From the NCBI GenBank assembly GCA_030265395.1, contig JARFYF010000051.1, positions 28,802,678-28,866,677 of the forward strand: DNA of 64,000 bases, read 5' to 3'. The position numbers and the translations under genes are program-made. The stretch's first letter is position 1, and each line of letters opens with the position of its first letter. This document shows, in pieces, positions 13,801 through 26,990 of the stretch. The stretch is from Rhina ancylostomus. Lineage: Eukaryota. Under the pieces are notes generated by a model that was not told the origin of the DNA, did no database searches, and was given only the letters and a program-made list of their open reading frames with translations.

Positions 13801-14827
13801 GTCAAAGTGGAAGAAATTTAGTTAATCTGAAGTGATTCCACAAGACCTTTTATAATTGTGCCTTACTGAAAGCTACTCATTTTACTTTTTTAAAAACAAT
13901 CCTTAACTACTTCCTTTATTTCAAAACTCCATACATGATTCTTGAACTTTAACTGTAACAGAAAAATCTTGCTCCATTCCACTTCTTCAGAAATCCTCAA
14001 ACTTTGTAGCATCCATCAAAACACCCCTCAGTTTTGAAGAGGGAAATAGCCACATGGTTAACTTCTGATGTTTTTCCGGTGTTCCTTTTCCACTGCCTTC
14101 AATGACTTAAGTTAATGTATTTCAGATTCCCAGCATCTGCAGTTTGATTTTCAGGTAACTCATTTCATAAGAGCTGGCCATTTCTCTTGCAAGTCATCCA
14201 CATCTGATATTGGTTCAGATTATATCTCACTATATTAACACTGACCTGTTGAGCATGTCCTCCAGCCCAGTTAGTTTACAATACACTTACAGTAATTGTT
14301 TATAGTTTAATCCTCTAAATACCTCTACTAATTTGACTGGAGGACTTATACAACCTACCCCCACAGCAACCTTAGACTCATCCTATTAAAAGTATTGCTT
14401 TTGTCCTATCGATCCTCCTCCTCCACTGTCTCTGCAACTTAAAACTAACTTGTTTTCCTTCTTGTCCACATCTGAAAGAGGGTCTTTGACCTGAAATTTT
14501 AGTCCTGTTTTCCCTTCCATCAATACTGCTTGACCAGCTGAGCATTTCCAGCATTTTCTATTTTTATTCCACAATTTTTAAAAATGATGGTCCAAAGTTG
14601 TATTTAGGACTTCAGTTGTGAAGTCATGAAGCCAAATCTAATTGTAGAATTCACTCTCTTAACTTGGAAACTACAAGTTGTCTACATCACAATGTTGTGT
14701 TTGCTTGTATATGAAGCAATAGAGAGCAATCCACTAAAGCCAACAAATTATCATCTTGTGGCAGCAGCATAAGCATGTTTACATTTAAAGCAAAACCATA
14801 CCATTATTTCTTTTGATGCTCACATAT

Positions 14828-15216
14828 TGTCACAATGTTGAGCAAACTCACAGAGAACCCAAATGCACCACACCAATACAAGACTGGAGTCAGGATACTT
14901 CCTCAGGACAAACACAGACAGCAACTGGAAGGAATCTCGCCTCAGAGATCAGAGGAGGAATCCTCATACAAGTCAGATCTTCACAAAGGAATAGAGAACA
15001 CAGGACTGCTCTAGAGTAGTCCACTCTGAGCAACTAGGAGCTAAAGACAGACTAATACTCTGGCAACTAGTGCTAGAGAAACACAGGTACTTATGCTAGG
15101 CCCCTGATGGGGCTCAGGTGTGTGTCGTTATGTAATCAATCCAGCATGGAATCCATGTGCTAGACAACAAGGCATTAAAGGAGCCAAATTGAGGGCCAGG
15201 ACTCAGAACCATGACA
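14828..15216. mobile_element. probable solo LTR (Gypsy-like)
   Basis: 389-bp block bounded by inverted TGTCA...TGACA, with A-rich composition distinct from the flanks and an internal caggtgtg box. Flanks catat/aatgt match only 3/5 as a TSD. Confidence 0.55.
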
Positions 15217-17639
15217 AATGTGTCTGATGATGTAAGAAAAATTGGTCTTTGTGGTGAGCAGAGTGAAATGTCAATATGTCAAATAGTACGCAGCAGTCTG
15301 ACTGTGAACGCAGGTTTATTACGTGATTGGCCCTTGAGGTAACCCAGGTTCTGATCTTTCAGAGTCAGTAAAAGCTGTTCCTCCTTTGAATGAACAAAGT
15401 CTTTCATTTATCAGACCAATGCAGATGAACATCTCACAGATGGTGAATTTCAAGCATTTTACAATGCTTGACATCATTGGGCGGGGTTGTCACCAGATAA
15501 ATAGAGCAAGCAAACACAAAAATCTCACCCAAAAATGAGCAGACAATGGTTGTGTCAAACCCACACACCCAGAAATGTGTGCAAAATTGTTTCACTTCAT
15601 TTCAACAGTTTTTATCTTTTGCACTGTCAAGGTCCTAGGCCATTGCTTTTTGTGCAAGATAGTCAAAGGTAAGTTTACTTTTGTTTTTTTTTCCTAACCC
15701 TGGCTTTTAACCAGCATTGCAGCCTTGAAGCTTTAACCATGGTGAACAACTCAATGGAATCAATTTGACCAATTCCCTTCATCTTCTTTGCGAGGAAATA
15801 AACAACAAATAATATCAGAAAAGACAGGAAATTGAATTGGGGAAAATAACTCAGCTTTTTATGTAGAATCTGCAGCAAGCTGCTTGGCCAAATTGGTCTA
15901 TCCCATGCTCCATACACATCTCTACCCATTCACTTTCATCTAACAAAGGCATAATGGACCAATAAAATCCAGTCATTTCTGGACTGATTTGTTCTTGTAA
16001 CCCAATTTATTGGAGCCTAATAATGATGCATTTCTAGGACTTGAAAGATGACCAAATTTCTCTGCACTGTGGCTATTCTTTTCTCTGCTTATATCTAACA
16101 TTCTATTTATCAGGGTGTTACATGGCTATTAACACACTTAATGACACAATGAAATGTGTCTTAATTGTTTTCACTTAATGACAGATACAGTCATGGCTAA
16201 CTCATTCACCACTGAAGTTTTCTGTGAGAAGCGATCCTCCAAATTTAATTATGAAAGTTGAGATTCAGAAATGAATTATAAATCATTGATGCACGAAGAA
16301 TATTATGAAGCAGCCTGTGACTGGATTTATATTGCATTGAATAAACAGCTTTTGAGAACCTTAGTTTTATTGAAAGTTAGTGCAATTTAGTTTTGATGAA
16401 GGTGCATTTTCAATCCCTATTGCAGCATGNNNNNNNNNNNNNNNNNNNNNNNNNNNNNNNNNNNNNNNNNNNNNNNNNNNNNNNNNNNNNNNNNNNNNNN
16501 NNNNNNNNNNNNNNNNNNNNNNNNNNNNNNNNNNNNNNNNNNNNNNNNNNNNNNNNNNNNNNNNNNNNNNNNNNNNNNNNNNNNNNNNNNNNNNNNNNNN
16601 NNNNNNNNNNNNNNNNNNNNNNNNNNNNNNNNNNNNNNNNNNNNNNNNNNNNNNNNNNNNNNNNNNNNNNNNNNNNNNNNNNNNNNNNNNNNNNNTATAA
16701 TAATCATGAAAATGCCTGTGCCAGTGTGTTAAGATATATCTTGTCATTAACGTGATTAATGCCAAATCGACTTGTGTTTGACTATAGTATAATGGCATAT
16801 GTAAAGTAATAAAGGTCTCAAGTTTCTAGGAACTGAGATTAACTTTATCAATAGTCTGGGTGTATTTTTGAATGGTTGCCGATCAACAGTCTGTTCTAAT
16901 TATATCTGAGGAGTATAGATTCAATCAGTGTTTTTTTATTGTTGATTGATGTGACTATACCATGTGAGCTCTGATTTCAGCTGTTTTATCTCAATATTTT
17001 CTTAAGAAAATATTATCTCATTCAATCTTTTGTAGCATCAGTCTAGTCAACCATGTCCAGGTTTGGGAAAAATCCAACCAGTGATTATTTAATGATTGAC
17101 TGTTTTAAAGAAAAACTACCAGGAAAGGCATTAAAGAAAACAAAACATTTTCCCAAACAAGTTCTACAGATAGTGAAATATTTTGAGGTGCAACAAGTGA
17201 GAGTCTTGCTTTCAAAGTGCATTGCTCTGAAGACTGCAAAAAATATTAGGGGTTTTAACATTTAATGTTGGACTTATTGTATCTAAGAGATCAAAATATA
17301 TAGGGAACATGCACAGAACAACTGGTAATGGGATCTCATGTCAATTCAGTTGTGTGCCTCCCAGTTTTGTATGAGAATATGAGAATAAAAACACCAAGAA
17401 GAAATAAATTCCAAATTTCAACCACTTTTTACCAAATGACATTGTGGTCAATTAAATATCTTGGTGGATCTCACTGCTTGTCAGGATATACAGGAGTAAG
17501 TATGCACATAAGACTAGCCCATAAAATGTAGGGCAAATGACTAGTCAAATTGTTTTTAATGGTATTGGTTGAAAAATTATCCCCAGCCCCAAATCAGGAA
17601 ATTTCCATGGCTCTTTTTTTAAAAAATAGCACAGCAAGA

Positions 17640-17771
17640 GCTATGTCCTGCTGTATATATGAAGAGTCTTCTTTGTTATCTACAATTCCACCAATTTTTG
17701 TATCATCTGGAAATTTACTGATCATACCCCCTATGTTCTCATCCAAGTCATTTATACTATGTGTGTGTGTG

Positions 17772-17806
<35 letters not shown>

Positions 17807-17934
17807 TATATATATATTNNNNNNNNNNNNNNNNNNNNNNNNNNNNNNNNNNNNNNNNNNNNNNNNNNNNNNNNNNNNNNNNNNNNNNNNNNNNNNNNNN
17901 NNNNNNNNNNNNNNNNNNACTATGTGTGTGTGTG

Positions 17935-17965
<31 letters not shown>

Positions 17966-18420
17966 CTATTATATATATATTAAAAACAACAAAGATCCAA
18001 ACACTGATCATTGAGGTGCACCACTTGTTACAGATCCCTCCTAATCAGTCCCCGCTTTTCCAAGTGAACACAGATTGTGTCCCTCACTGGCCTGGCTTAT
18101 CGCAACTGTCCATTTTGAGCATGGAGATAACAATAGTTATCCCCCTAGTCTTCTGGAACTTCATGTGGCTAACAAAGATTCAAAAATCTCCACCACAGTC
18201 CCCTCAATCTCCTCCCTTGCTTCTCTTCACATCCGGGGAGAGATACTGTCTGGTCCTTGTGATTATCCACCCCAAATGTGCTCCAATATTTCCAGCACTT
18301 CCTCCTTGGATACAGATGTGCTCCAGAATATCAGCATACCCATCTCTTAACTCTCCAGCCTCCACGTTCTTTTCCCTGGTGAATACTGGTGGGAAGTATC
18401 TACTTCAGATCTCACTCATA
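17640..18420 (-). mobile_element. CR1 LINE RT fragment interrupted by a (TA)n microsatellite and a gap
   Basis: Reverse strand reads SGAPQ*SVFGSLLFL, then the microsatellite, then INDLDENIGGMISKFPDDTKIGGIVDNKE (FADD catalytic motif). Confidence 0.85.
17760..17981. repeat. (GT)n-(TA)n microsatellite spanning a 100-N gap
   Basis: Directly visible; the same repeat block appears on both sides of the gap. Confidence 0.9.
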
Positions 18421-19190
18421 TTGATTATGGAAGATGCCGCAAGGCACTGTAAACATTGGAACGATCTTAGGGCAGTGTTACACAACACTTCCAGATCTGT
18501 CCAGACAGCTGACCTGCTTCAGGGTATTTACTACATGATTGAAGATGTTAAAAGTGACAGCATACTCTTCATTTTGTGCCTGCTGAGATGTACAGAATGA
18601 TGCACTGGTGTCAGGACCCTTGTTGTTATTGGGTAGCCCTCGTCACTAAGCAGCTATCCACCAGGCTGGAGGAGTGAAAGTCAAGGGTATGGTGTGTACA
18701 ATGACAGTGGTTGCAGATTGCCCAGATATTAATGGCGTGGAACACCTTGAGTTTCTGAGAATGGTGCTCTCAAGGCAACGTGCGTGCAACGTACTGCTTC
18801 CTGGATGTTGAGAAGTCAGCAATCATTGCCAAGCCACTCACACATTCTACCACATCTCCCAGTATAAGGAGAAGGAATTGTACCTGCTTGATGGAGAACA
18901 AAGCCTCGGTGTCTCACCCAGTGGATCACTGGAATATAGATTGCAACATCCTTGTGCCTTAGGATCTTGTGTCATAGAAATTCAAAGCTACCTTCATGTT
19001 TTTGTGTTCCGTGAGCCTGGCCTTGCTGTATGTCCACAGCTGCGTCTACACAGCGTGGCAGATCCCCTTGACCTCTACCTTGAGGGATGCACTGAAGCTT
19101 GGTGCAGCTACCGTGAAAGCTCAATGGAAAATGGCTATGGTTTGAGGTCCTGCTGCCGCTGCAGACCGAGGAGCTGAAGCCCACATAATA
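18421..19190 (-). mobile_element. PIF/Harbinger transposase relic
   Basis: Reverse strand gives frameshifted MKVALNFY, CTHVALRAP...KVFHAIN, DEGYP (GDxGY), CLDRSG and CGIFHN (CxLHN), the motif order of HARBI1-type DDE transposases. Confidence 0.75.
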
Positions 19191-21279
19191 AAAACCCTCA
19201 GACTATTTGCTCAAGTAATGTATGTGATGGGAAATTGTTGCTTAATGATGTAACGGAAATGGAACGTCATGGCTTGTAGTGAGAACGGCAATATATCATG
19301 TATTCTATCACGTATGTACAGATTTTGTGAATAGAGTAATATTTCTGAAATGTAATAAAAAGCACAGCTTCCTGTGCTACTATTCAGTAAGATGAGTTTG
19401 TGAAAAGTGCTTTCAGATTATAGAGCTTTCCTTTCAGATCCCTCCATCTTCACCTTTTGCAGCAAGTTGCCTTTGGGTGCATGTATTGTGTTTGGCTGCA
19501 TCCCATGGCATAATTTGGCAGGGCTGAATCTGGATTATGCCCATACTTCATAATTATCAAAGAACAACAACTGAAGTACGGTGAAGTTCGACGATCATTT
19601 ACCTGAAGACACAACTGAGTTCCACTGGCATGTTAATCCTATTTGGTATGTTTCTGGGTGAATTCTGGAAGATTGAATGGTGTTACTTCCTGTACAAGTG
19701 GGAATTATAATATTACAGCACAAGAATAAGGTATATGTGGTCAGTGGTACAAAAGTGTTAGTCGTTTTTGTTCTGTGTTAATCATGTATTGAAAACATGC
19801 CATAAGTTTGAAACCGGAAATGAACAATTGGCATTCTGAATCTGCTGCTTTCAACGTGCATGTTCAGTTTATCTTTTTGCAGATATGTATATATAATTTA
19901 TATTGTGAAAGAATTCTTCCCGGCCTCTAATGCTAATCAGAGATAAATTCCAAATATCAGCCAAATGCTGTGGTTAGCAGTGAATTGACAAAGTTCACGC
20001 TCTGCCCAATTTTAATTTTTATTGACTGCATTGGAAATCCAATTCACTACCAGTTTGCAACTAACCAGTTGGTGCAACCTCGAAGACAACTAATATTTTA
20101 ATAATACTACAAACTGAAGTTTATATTGTTTATGTTTAATTCTATTTTAAAAGAATCACCATACTGGATTATGAAATGTCTTCTCTTCCTTTCACATCTA
20201 GGCTATAATATTACAGTTGTCATTAATAGACTGTTTCTCTAATTCATCTTGTGGCAGTTGGACTGTGTCAGCTGTGACTTGGTATCTAACACTCTCATCT
20301 CTGATTGTGGGTTTACATTCCAGTCCAGAGACTTCAGCACAAAACTGTCAAGGCAGTCCTGTAGGAAAGCTGCACTGTCAGCTGTGTCTTCTTAAACTAA
20401 AGCCCTGTATATTATCCCAAGTTAAAATCCTGTAGTACTACTTCATAGTGGGGTACGGATTTTGTGCACGATATTTATCCTTCAATCAACATCACTGGAA
20501 AAATCACTTATTACATTGTTGCATGTGGGACAATCTGGTTGGCATATTTGCTGTTACAGCTGTGTGGCAAAGTAATTCATTGCCTCTTATATTTTTGGGA
20601 CATGCTGAGATTGTAATGGGGGGTATATCTTCTTTTTTTCCTTTCAGTCTTTGACCTTTAAAATACAATTTACATTTCATAATCTCCAATTTTATCAACT
20701 GTGAAATATTCAGGATTATACTAATGATATTTGATCAAAAACTGAAAGCCATCTTGTAACATGTGGAAATGATTCTGCAGAATGAAAAGATAAGTCTCCA
20801 CCATCTATCTTCTGTATTATCAGCCAGATATGTTCAAAGGCTCTTCTGGGATTGAGATTGTATCATACTAAAAGGAACTCATGCTACCGGAGTGGCACAC
20901 CAGTCATGCTGATAGATGGTCGTGACATGCTGTGCACTATTGACCAAAGCTGTAAACCTTGAGGAGCTGACTGTTCAGGGGCAAAGGATCTTCCTTTCTG
21001 TGGACAGGATCAATAAGGTCTAGGAAATACTGGTTCTTGACATCTGCTTCCTTTATTTTGGTTACAATAGTTTTCATTCTACTATACTTCACTCCACTGA
21101 CATCTAAGTAAGTGAACATCAAAGGTGTTTCATAGCACAGCATAGCTATTTGATAGTTACTGTTCACCTGCTGTTAACTGTGAAATTTCACAGTGTAGGT
21201 GTTGATCAGACTGGTGCAATCACGATTGGACAGTGGGAATTACTTCATTTTTCTCTTTTTCTCCCCTCTCTCTTTCCAG

Positions 21280-21378
21280 GGAAGCAATGTTGTGGAAGAC
21301 CAGGATTTGTTGGAGATAGGCATCCTTAATTCTTCACACAGACAACGAATTTTGCAAGCTGTTCGTGGGCTTCCTAGA
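21280..21378 (+). CDS. ANKS1B: ANKS1B coding exon, C-terminal half of SAM1 (GSNVVEDQDLLEIGILNSSHRQRILQAVRGLPR)
   Basis: Long polypyrimidine tract then ttccag|GGA; 99 nt open; AGA|gtgagt donor. Peptide matches recalled ANKS1B SAM1 (GSNVMEDQDLLEIGILNSGHRQRILQA). Confidence 0.96.
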
Positions 21379-23569
21379 GTGAGTTGAGATATACTATAGA
21401 AAAATCATAACTACCATTATTCCTTTAAATTGTGTCAGTAAATAATTCATCTGGGGATTATTGAAGAGCATTGAATGTTACGGTCTCGTGGATTAAACCT
21501 ATTGTGAAACCTCCCATCTCTGTGATCTCATCTCAGTAGAAAGCATGTGAACAAAATTAATTTTGTTGGGTATCAAAATTCAAACTGGCCACACTCAATG
21601 GGAACTAATTTGCACCTGAAACAAACTCCAAAACAACCACATTGACAAGTTCTGTGCCATATCATTTACTGGACGTTCTGGTGGAAGAAACACCAAATTA
21701 GGAATAACCTGTGGTGATTTAAGAAAGTCATGTTGGCTTGACTTGTTTATTCGCTCTATGTTATTTAGTTTCAATAAAGAAATTGCTGCTTTTTGTTCTA
21801 ATATGTTATTTTAAAATGCATGGACAATCCACATCAGGGCAGTGTAGGCATTAATACAATACAGTTACCAATAATTAGGTTATTTGAGATACCAATCTAA
21901 ATGCAAGAGCTGTATAGTTAGGAGAAACTACTGATTTAGAATTCTCTGTCAAGAGATGTATATATTTAACACTTACTAATGAGAAGCAGTAGTTGTGGGC
22001 ATCATTGAAGTGAATTCTGAATATCAGCAGCAGTCTGGAAGTGCTAATGATGTGTATCCAGTAAAGTAGTTCTTGGTATTCAGCTCGTAAAAAGTTGTCT
22101 GAAACCGAAATACATAGGTGCAGTTGCAGGAATGACCAAATTTAATTAAATATGCCAACTTGAGACAAATTGAAACTTGTTCACAAGTACTGAAGTTTGT
22201 TAAACAATGAAAATTAATTGAGTTATCCAAAACAAATGTGAGGTTGGCTCCTTTCTTAGTACTGCAATAATATTTATTCTATTTTAGAAAGTAAAGTTTC
22301 CACATCTTCTACTAGTTATACTTAAGATACTAAAAATGAAGACCTTTGATTTCCATATTACCTTGTCAACTTTTACTAAATACTGGATTAAACCTTAGGT
22401 TTAGAATTTATCAAACCAATGCTGACAGTTATGTTATTTTAAGATTTTAGTGGTTAAAATAATAGATTAAGTCTATTTTCAACCAAGTGATTTTTTTTTC
22501 ACATTTGTTCCACGTCCTGGTTGTGTGGTGTGACCGCGTAAGAGTACTTGATTTAAAAGGTATTTTTTGAGGGAATAAATCAGAAAAGAGAGAAAAAATA
22601 TTCAATGAATTAAATTAAATTTAGATTAATAGGACAAGGAAGATGGGAAATCAGACAAAAAGATGAAATTTGGTGGTAATTTTATGAGTTGCAGCTGCAG
22701 CATTTAAGTATATGTAATTGTTTATTTTATATTGATGATGAGTACTAAACTTCTCCTGAATAAATTGATTATTATAACATTATTATTTGTTCAAATGTCA
22801 GAAAATTAGTTTAAAGTGTTCTGGTCTGAGTGGACTATTGTTTTCTAAAATCATATAGAAATCTGATGGAAACGAATTCAGCATGAGCAATTAGTTTGCT
22901 TGCGAGACTAACAATTGTATAAAAGGCTGGTAATTAGCAGATGATTTTCCTGCTGTAATATTTAGATTAGATATATTACCAGATTAAAGAATGCCTATAC
23001 CTAATTTCAAATATGTTCTGATTGCATCAGTTCATGTTATTTTTCACATTCATTTGTGTGAGCGAGAGATCCAGAAACACATTTAAGCCACTTAAAAATC
23101 AAAAATGGCAAACCAAATCTTTCTTTCTAGCTACAAATTTGCATGATTAAAACTTGTAAGAAAATAAATAATTTTAAAATGGTTTCAATAAANNNNNNNN
23201 NNNNNNNNNNNNNNNNNNNNNNNNNNNNNNNNNNNNNNNNNNNNNNNNNNNNNNNNNNNNNNNNNNNNNNNNNNNNNNNNNNNNNNNNNNNNAATATTTT
23301 TACTTTCCAGAAACACATTGCACTTATCCATTAAAGCATTTTCAGATTGTCTTTTAACCAATAGTGTTTCAGTTTATCAGGTTGGAACCTGGTTTTTGCT
23401 ATTAAGGCACTATAAATTTTTGCTCTCAACAAGAGATTGCTTAATTAAGCCTACAATATTAGCATGCTTTCTACACCGATAACATTGTATTTAGCATTTT
23501 CTATTCATAAATAATGATGCCTGATGCATTTGGCTGGAAATGAAAAATAATTTCATGGCATGAATTACA

Positions 23570-23965
23570 CATGAGATAAAAAAGAAGGAACAACGGTAGG
23601 CATATGGTCCCTCATTCAATAAGTTCAGAGCTGAACATCTTATCAACTCAATTTTACCACCCTCCTCCCAAACCTCTTGATTCTCGTACTGCTCAAAACT
23701 ATCAGTCCCAGTCTTGAATAGACTCCTTAACTGTGCACCCACAGTCATCTGAGTGAAGAACTTTCTTTTCACTTGAGTCCTAAATGACCAATCCTCAAAT
23801 TTATAATCCTTGGTCCTCGACTCCAGCCAGGGAACAGGTTCTTGGCCTCCACTGTGTCCAAATTTTGCATGTTTCACAGAGATTATCTTTCATTTCATAA
23901 ACTCTGGATAATCCACCCATTCACTTAGTCTCTTCTCAGTGGATAGTCCTTTGATTCTGGGAATC
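23570..23965 (-). mobile_element. CR1 LINE 3' fragment
   Basis: Reverse strand DWSFRTQVKRKFFTQM and typical CR1 3' UTR. Confidence 0.75.
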
Positions 23966-24420
23966 CATCCAACAAGCAATTAATTTGTAATCCTGATCCT
24001 TGCATTACTCTATCTCTGTTGTCAGAACGCATTGAAGGTGTCCTGAACCTAGCTGTAGTAGGTGACATATTTGCAACAAATTCCAAATCTATCAACTGCC
24101 TTCCCAAAGAAATATTCTGATGCAGTGGTTAATTCTGTCACGAGAATTAAAACTAATCTTAACATGTTCTCAGACACTATAAAGACAACATGATAAGATT
24201 TTGTCCTTAGATATAGCTAAAAAGATTATAAGCTTGATATATGGATAATCTGCAGTGTTTGTCCGTGCAGGTATACTCTTACCAAGCTACTCCTTTCTCA
24301 TATTTAGGGCATTATTTGAGATGTTAATCGGATTTGGGGCATAGTTGCATGAAAAAGAACAAGCTCCCTATCCATAATTTTATGCAGCTCTTATGTGTAT
24401 ATTTTTCTCTTTCATTTCAG

Positions 24421-24573
24421 GTGAAGGTTATTGGATATGATACAAACAGTCCAACGTCTGTGGCGGATTGGTTAGATTCTTTAGAACTGAATGATTACAT
24501 CAAGACCTTTCTGGCAAATGGTTATACGTCGATGGATCTTGTGAAAAAGCTGTGGGAAATTGAACTCATTAAT
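24421..24573 (+). CDS. ANKS1B: ANKS1B coding exon, N-terminal part of SAM2 ([51 protein letters not shown])
   Basis: ttcatttcag|GTG acceptor; 153 nt open; AAT|gtaagt donor; SAM signature SVADWL..LEL..Y...F..NGY. Confidence 0.96.
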
Positions 24574-25502
24574 GTAAGTTCATGATTCATGTAATATCTT
24601 GAAAATAAATTGCTAGTGTTGAAGAGATTAAAATTCTGAAGAGTGTTATAACATAACCTAGTGTCTTACTGAGGAAGTAGAATTGATATTAAAAACATGC
24701 CTGCATAAATCACTACTCTCGAATGGACCTTATCTCTACAATTTAGGTTCATATTACACCTGAATTAGATGAACTAATCAGTGTCTCTCCAGCTGAACTT
24801 TCACTGCAGCTATCATCCTCTGGTTGGAATTGGCACACTTCTAAGAAAATATGTTTTCTGGAATTTTGAGTTTAGAGTTTCTGCAGAAAAATGATTAAGT
24901 AATCAGAGCTGATTGTGACACTGTTCAGATATTGGGAATGGCATTGTTAGCACATTTATGAAACATAAATTTTGTGCAATTTCTTCTCTCGAGTCATTAG
25001 TGCTTCTGTTTATTTTCATCTTCAGGGCTGAAATTTTGTTTCGATAGATAAATATTTTCAGCTAGAATTATTGGATATTGTGAGGTCATTCAGTGGTTAG
25101 TTGGTAGAAGTTGCACAGTTTCCACATAATTTGTTTGTAATTTAAAATTTACACTTCATTAATTATTATAATTGTGTCGTAAGACCAAAATTGTTTTAAA
25201 GAAAATAGTTGCTTGCTGGTCCCTTATTGCATCTTGTGTTGAGGATCGGGACTGTGCGTTTAAAGCCAGCTGGATATTGTGGAACAGCCCCTCCACGTAA
25301 GCATGCAAGGGCTGCAACGGCTTGCACTGAAAGCAGGTGTAACATTCAGACACAACACATTGCAAAAGTCAAAGGCAGCTGGAGTGGTTGGCGACGTGGC
25401 TTAAAGTGCTAACTTTAAGACAGAGGACTCCAGAATAGAGTGCCACCATTAGAATTCCTTGCCTCTGCCAGATGTCGTATCAAGGCATTTGTTGGCATAA
25501 AA

Positions 25503-26189
25503 TGTAGTTGCCTTCAGCTGGTGGTCTCCCGGTCTCGAGATACAGCCACAGTGAGGGAGCAGCTGCTCCCACTCCCTACATGGTTGATTGCATCAATATG
25601 GCTGTAAAAGAGGAGGACTCTGAAAACCAAGATAAATAGAGTCAGGAATCTGCAGGGTGGCAGAAAGTGCACTGGATGATATCAGATGCTTTGGTAACCA
25701 AATAACCCGCTGCAACATTCTTTATTGAGCATTTGAAGGAGCAGTCTTACAATTAATTCCACTGTGCTAAGTAGAATAGTACCTAGGGAATTTCCTAGAG
25801 ATAGAACAGACACTGAAGTGAGAATTTGGATCATTGTGCAGTTGAGAAATTTCATGGGACTGGAAGTTGGATGGGACAGATTTGTTTCACACACTTGAGC
25901 TCCCTTACCTCACTTGATGAAGTCAGGGCTGAGTGCTGCTTTAGGCAGTGGGATGTTTCTGGCCACAGGCTGAATGTAACAGCAGGTCAATTGGTGCCCA
26001 AAGCACCTGTCAGCATCTGGTGCAGTTTTATGCCATCCTGCAGATCCTCGACTCTGCATTCAGAGCCCTCCTCTTTTGTAGCCACATTGGTGCAGTCAGA
26101 CACCAACAGGGAATGGGTACAGAAGCAGCTCCTCGTTCACTGTGGCTGCAGATCCAGGTGGGGGAGACCACCAGTTGAAGGTAACTACA
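25503..26189. repeat. inverted repeat with arms 25503-25720 and 25972-26189
   Basis: tgtagttgccttcagctggtggtctccc...gctgcaacattc is the diverged reverse complement of gaatgtaacagcagg...gggagaccaccagttgaaggtaactaca. Confidence 0.85.
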
Positions 26190-26904
26190 GATCCCAGTAA
26201 AACAAAAGCAGCTCCAGAAAGGCTGGATGCTCGTTGAGTAACTCAACATAGAGAAGCTGCATGTCGGTTCAGGCCACGTGCCTGCAGAAGGTAAGTGAGG
26301 ATGTGTAACAACAACTGCACACGTCCTCTGTGTTTGGGAGTCTACTTTAGCACCATGGAGGACAGCTGGCTAGTGAACTGGGAAGAGCTTGAAATTCTCC
26401 TACAGCACAGAGCAGACTGCCACTGCTGTCTTGCATGGATTGAGTAGATGTCATAATCTGCTGCTGGCTTTTGTAGGACTGAAGATTTTGTCTTTGGCTC
26501 TGAGTTTGCCTGAAGGTTCAGAAAAACTTTATTGGGGAGAAAAGAATACATTGGGTCTGGTTGGTAGGGATGGAAAGCTGGTACCCTCATCCATCTGGAC
26601 TAAATGTGACCACAGTCTGGTGTAATACAGGTGGCTGTTAACTGCCCTCTGTCTCGGTCATATCAAACTACTGCAAAATACCCAACACCAACGGCAGTGT
26701 GAGGCAAGTCAAAGGCACACCTGGCTAAGTGTAACCTCCTGACTGACAAGGACATGCTAAGGTTGGGAGCTGTGGTTATACCTCAGTCCCTTTCACTGTT
26801 CTCCCTCTGTTGTTTCTTCTGTTCTTTGACGACATCCTTCCCAACAGTCACTACCAAAGCCTCGGGGTTTGTGCTCACTGCCATGTTGTCCCACGTGGTT
26901 TCCA

Positions 26905-26990
26905 GCAGTCCCGATGCAGGGTCTCGTTATGAAACGTTGGTCATTCCTTCACCTCCACAGATGCTGCTTGACCCACTGAGTTTGTCCAGA
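26905..26990 (+). repeat. PLE terminal-repeat copy with hammerhead-like motif
   Basis: cagtcccgatgcagggtctcgttatgaaacgttggtcattccttcacctccacagatgctgcttgacccactgag, same family as 5790 and 7136. Confidence 0.8.

Noticed and set aside
17926-18600. 224-aa plus-strand ORF, the longest in the track
   Set aside because: It is the antisense read of a microsatellite, a CR1 fragment and a Harbinger fragment, with no coherent protein.
1-21279. Upstream ANKS1B exon for the first half of SAM1 (..WL..IGL.QYE..L..NGFD.V.F)
   Set aside because: Not found by eye; it probably lies upstream of the window or in a gap.
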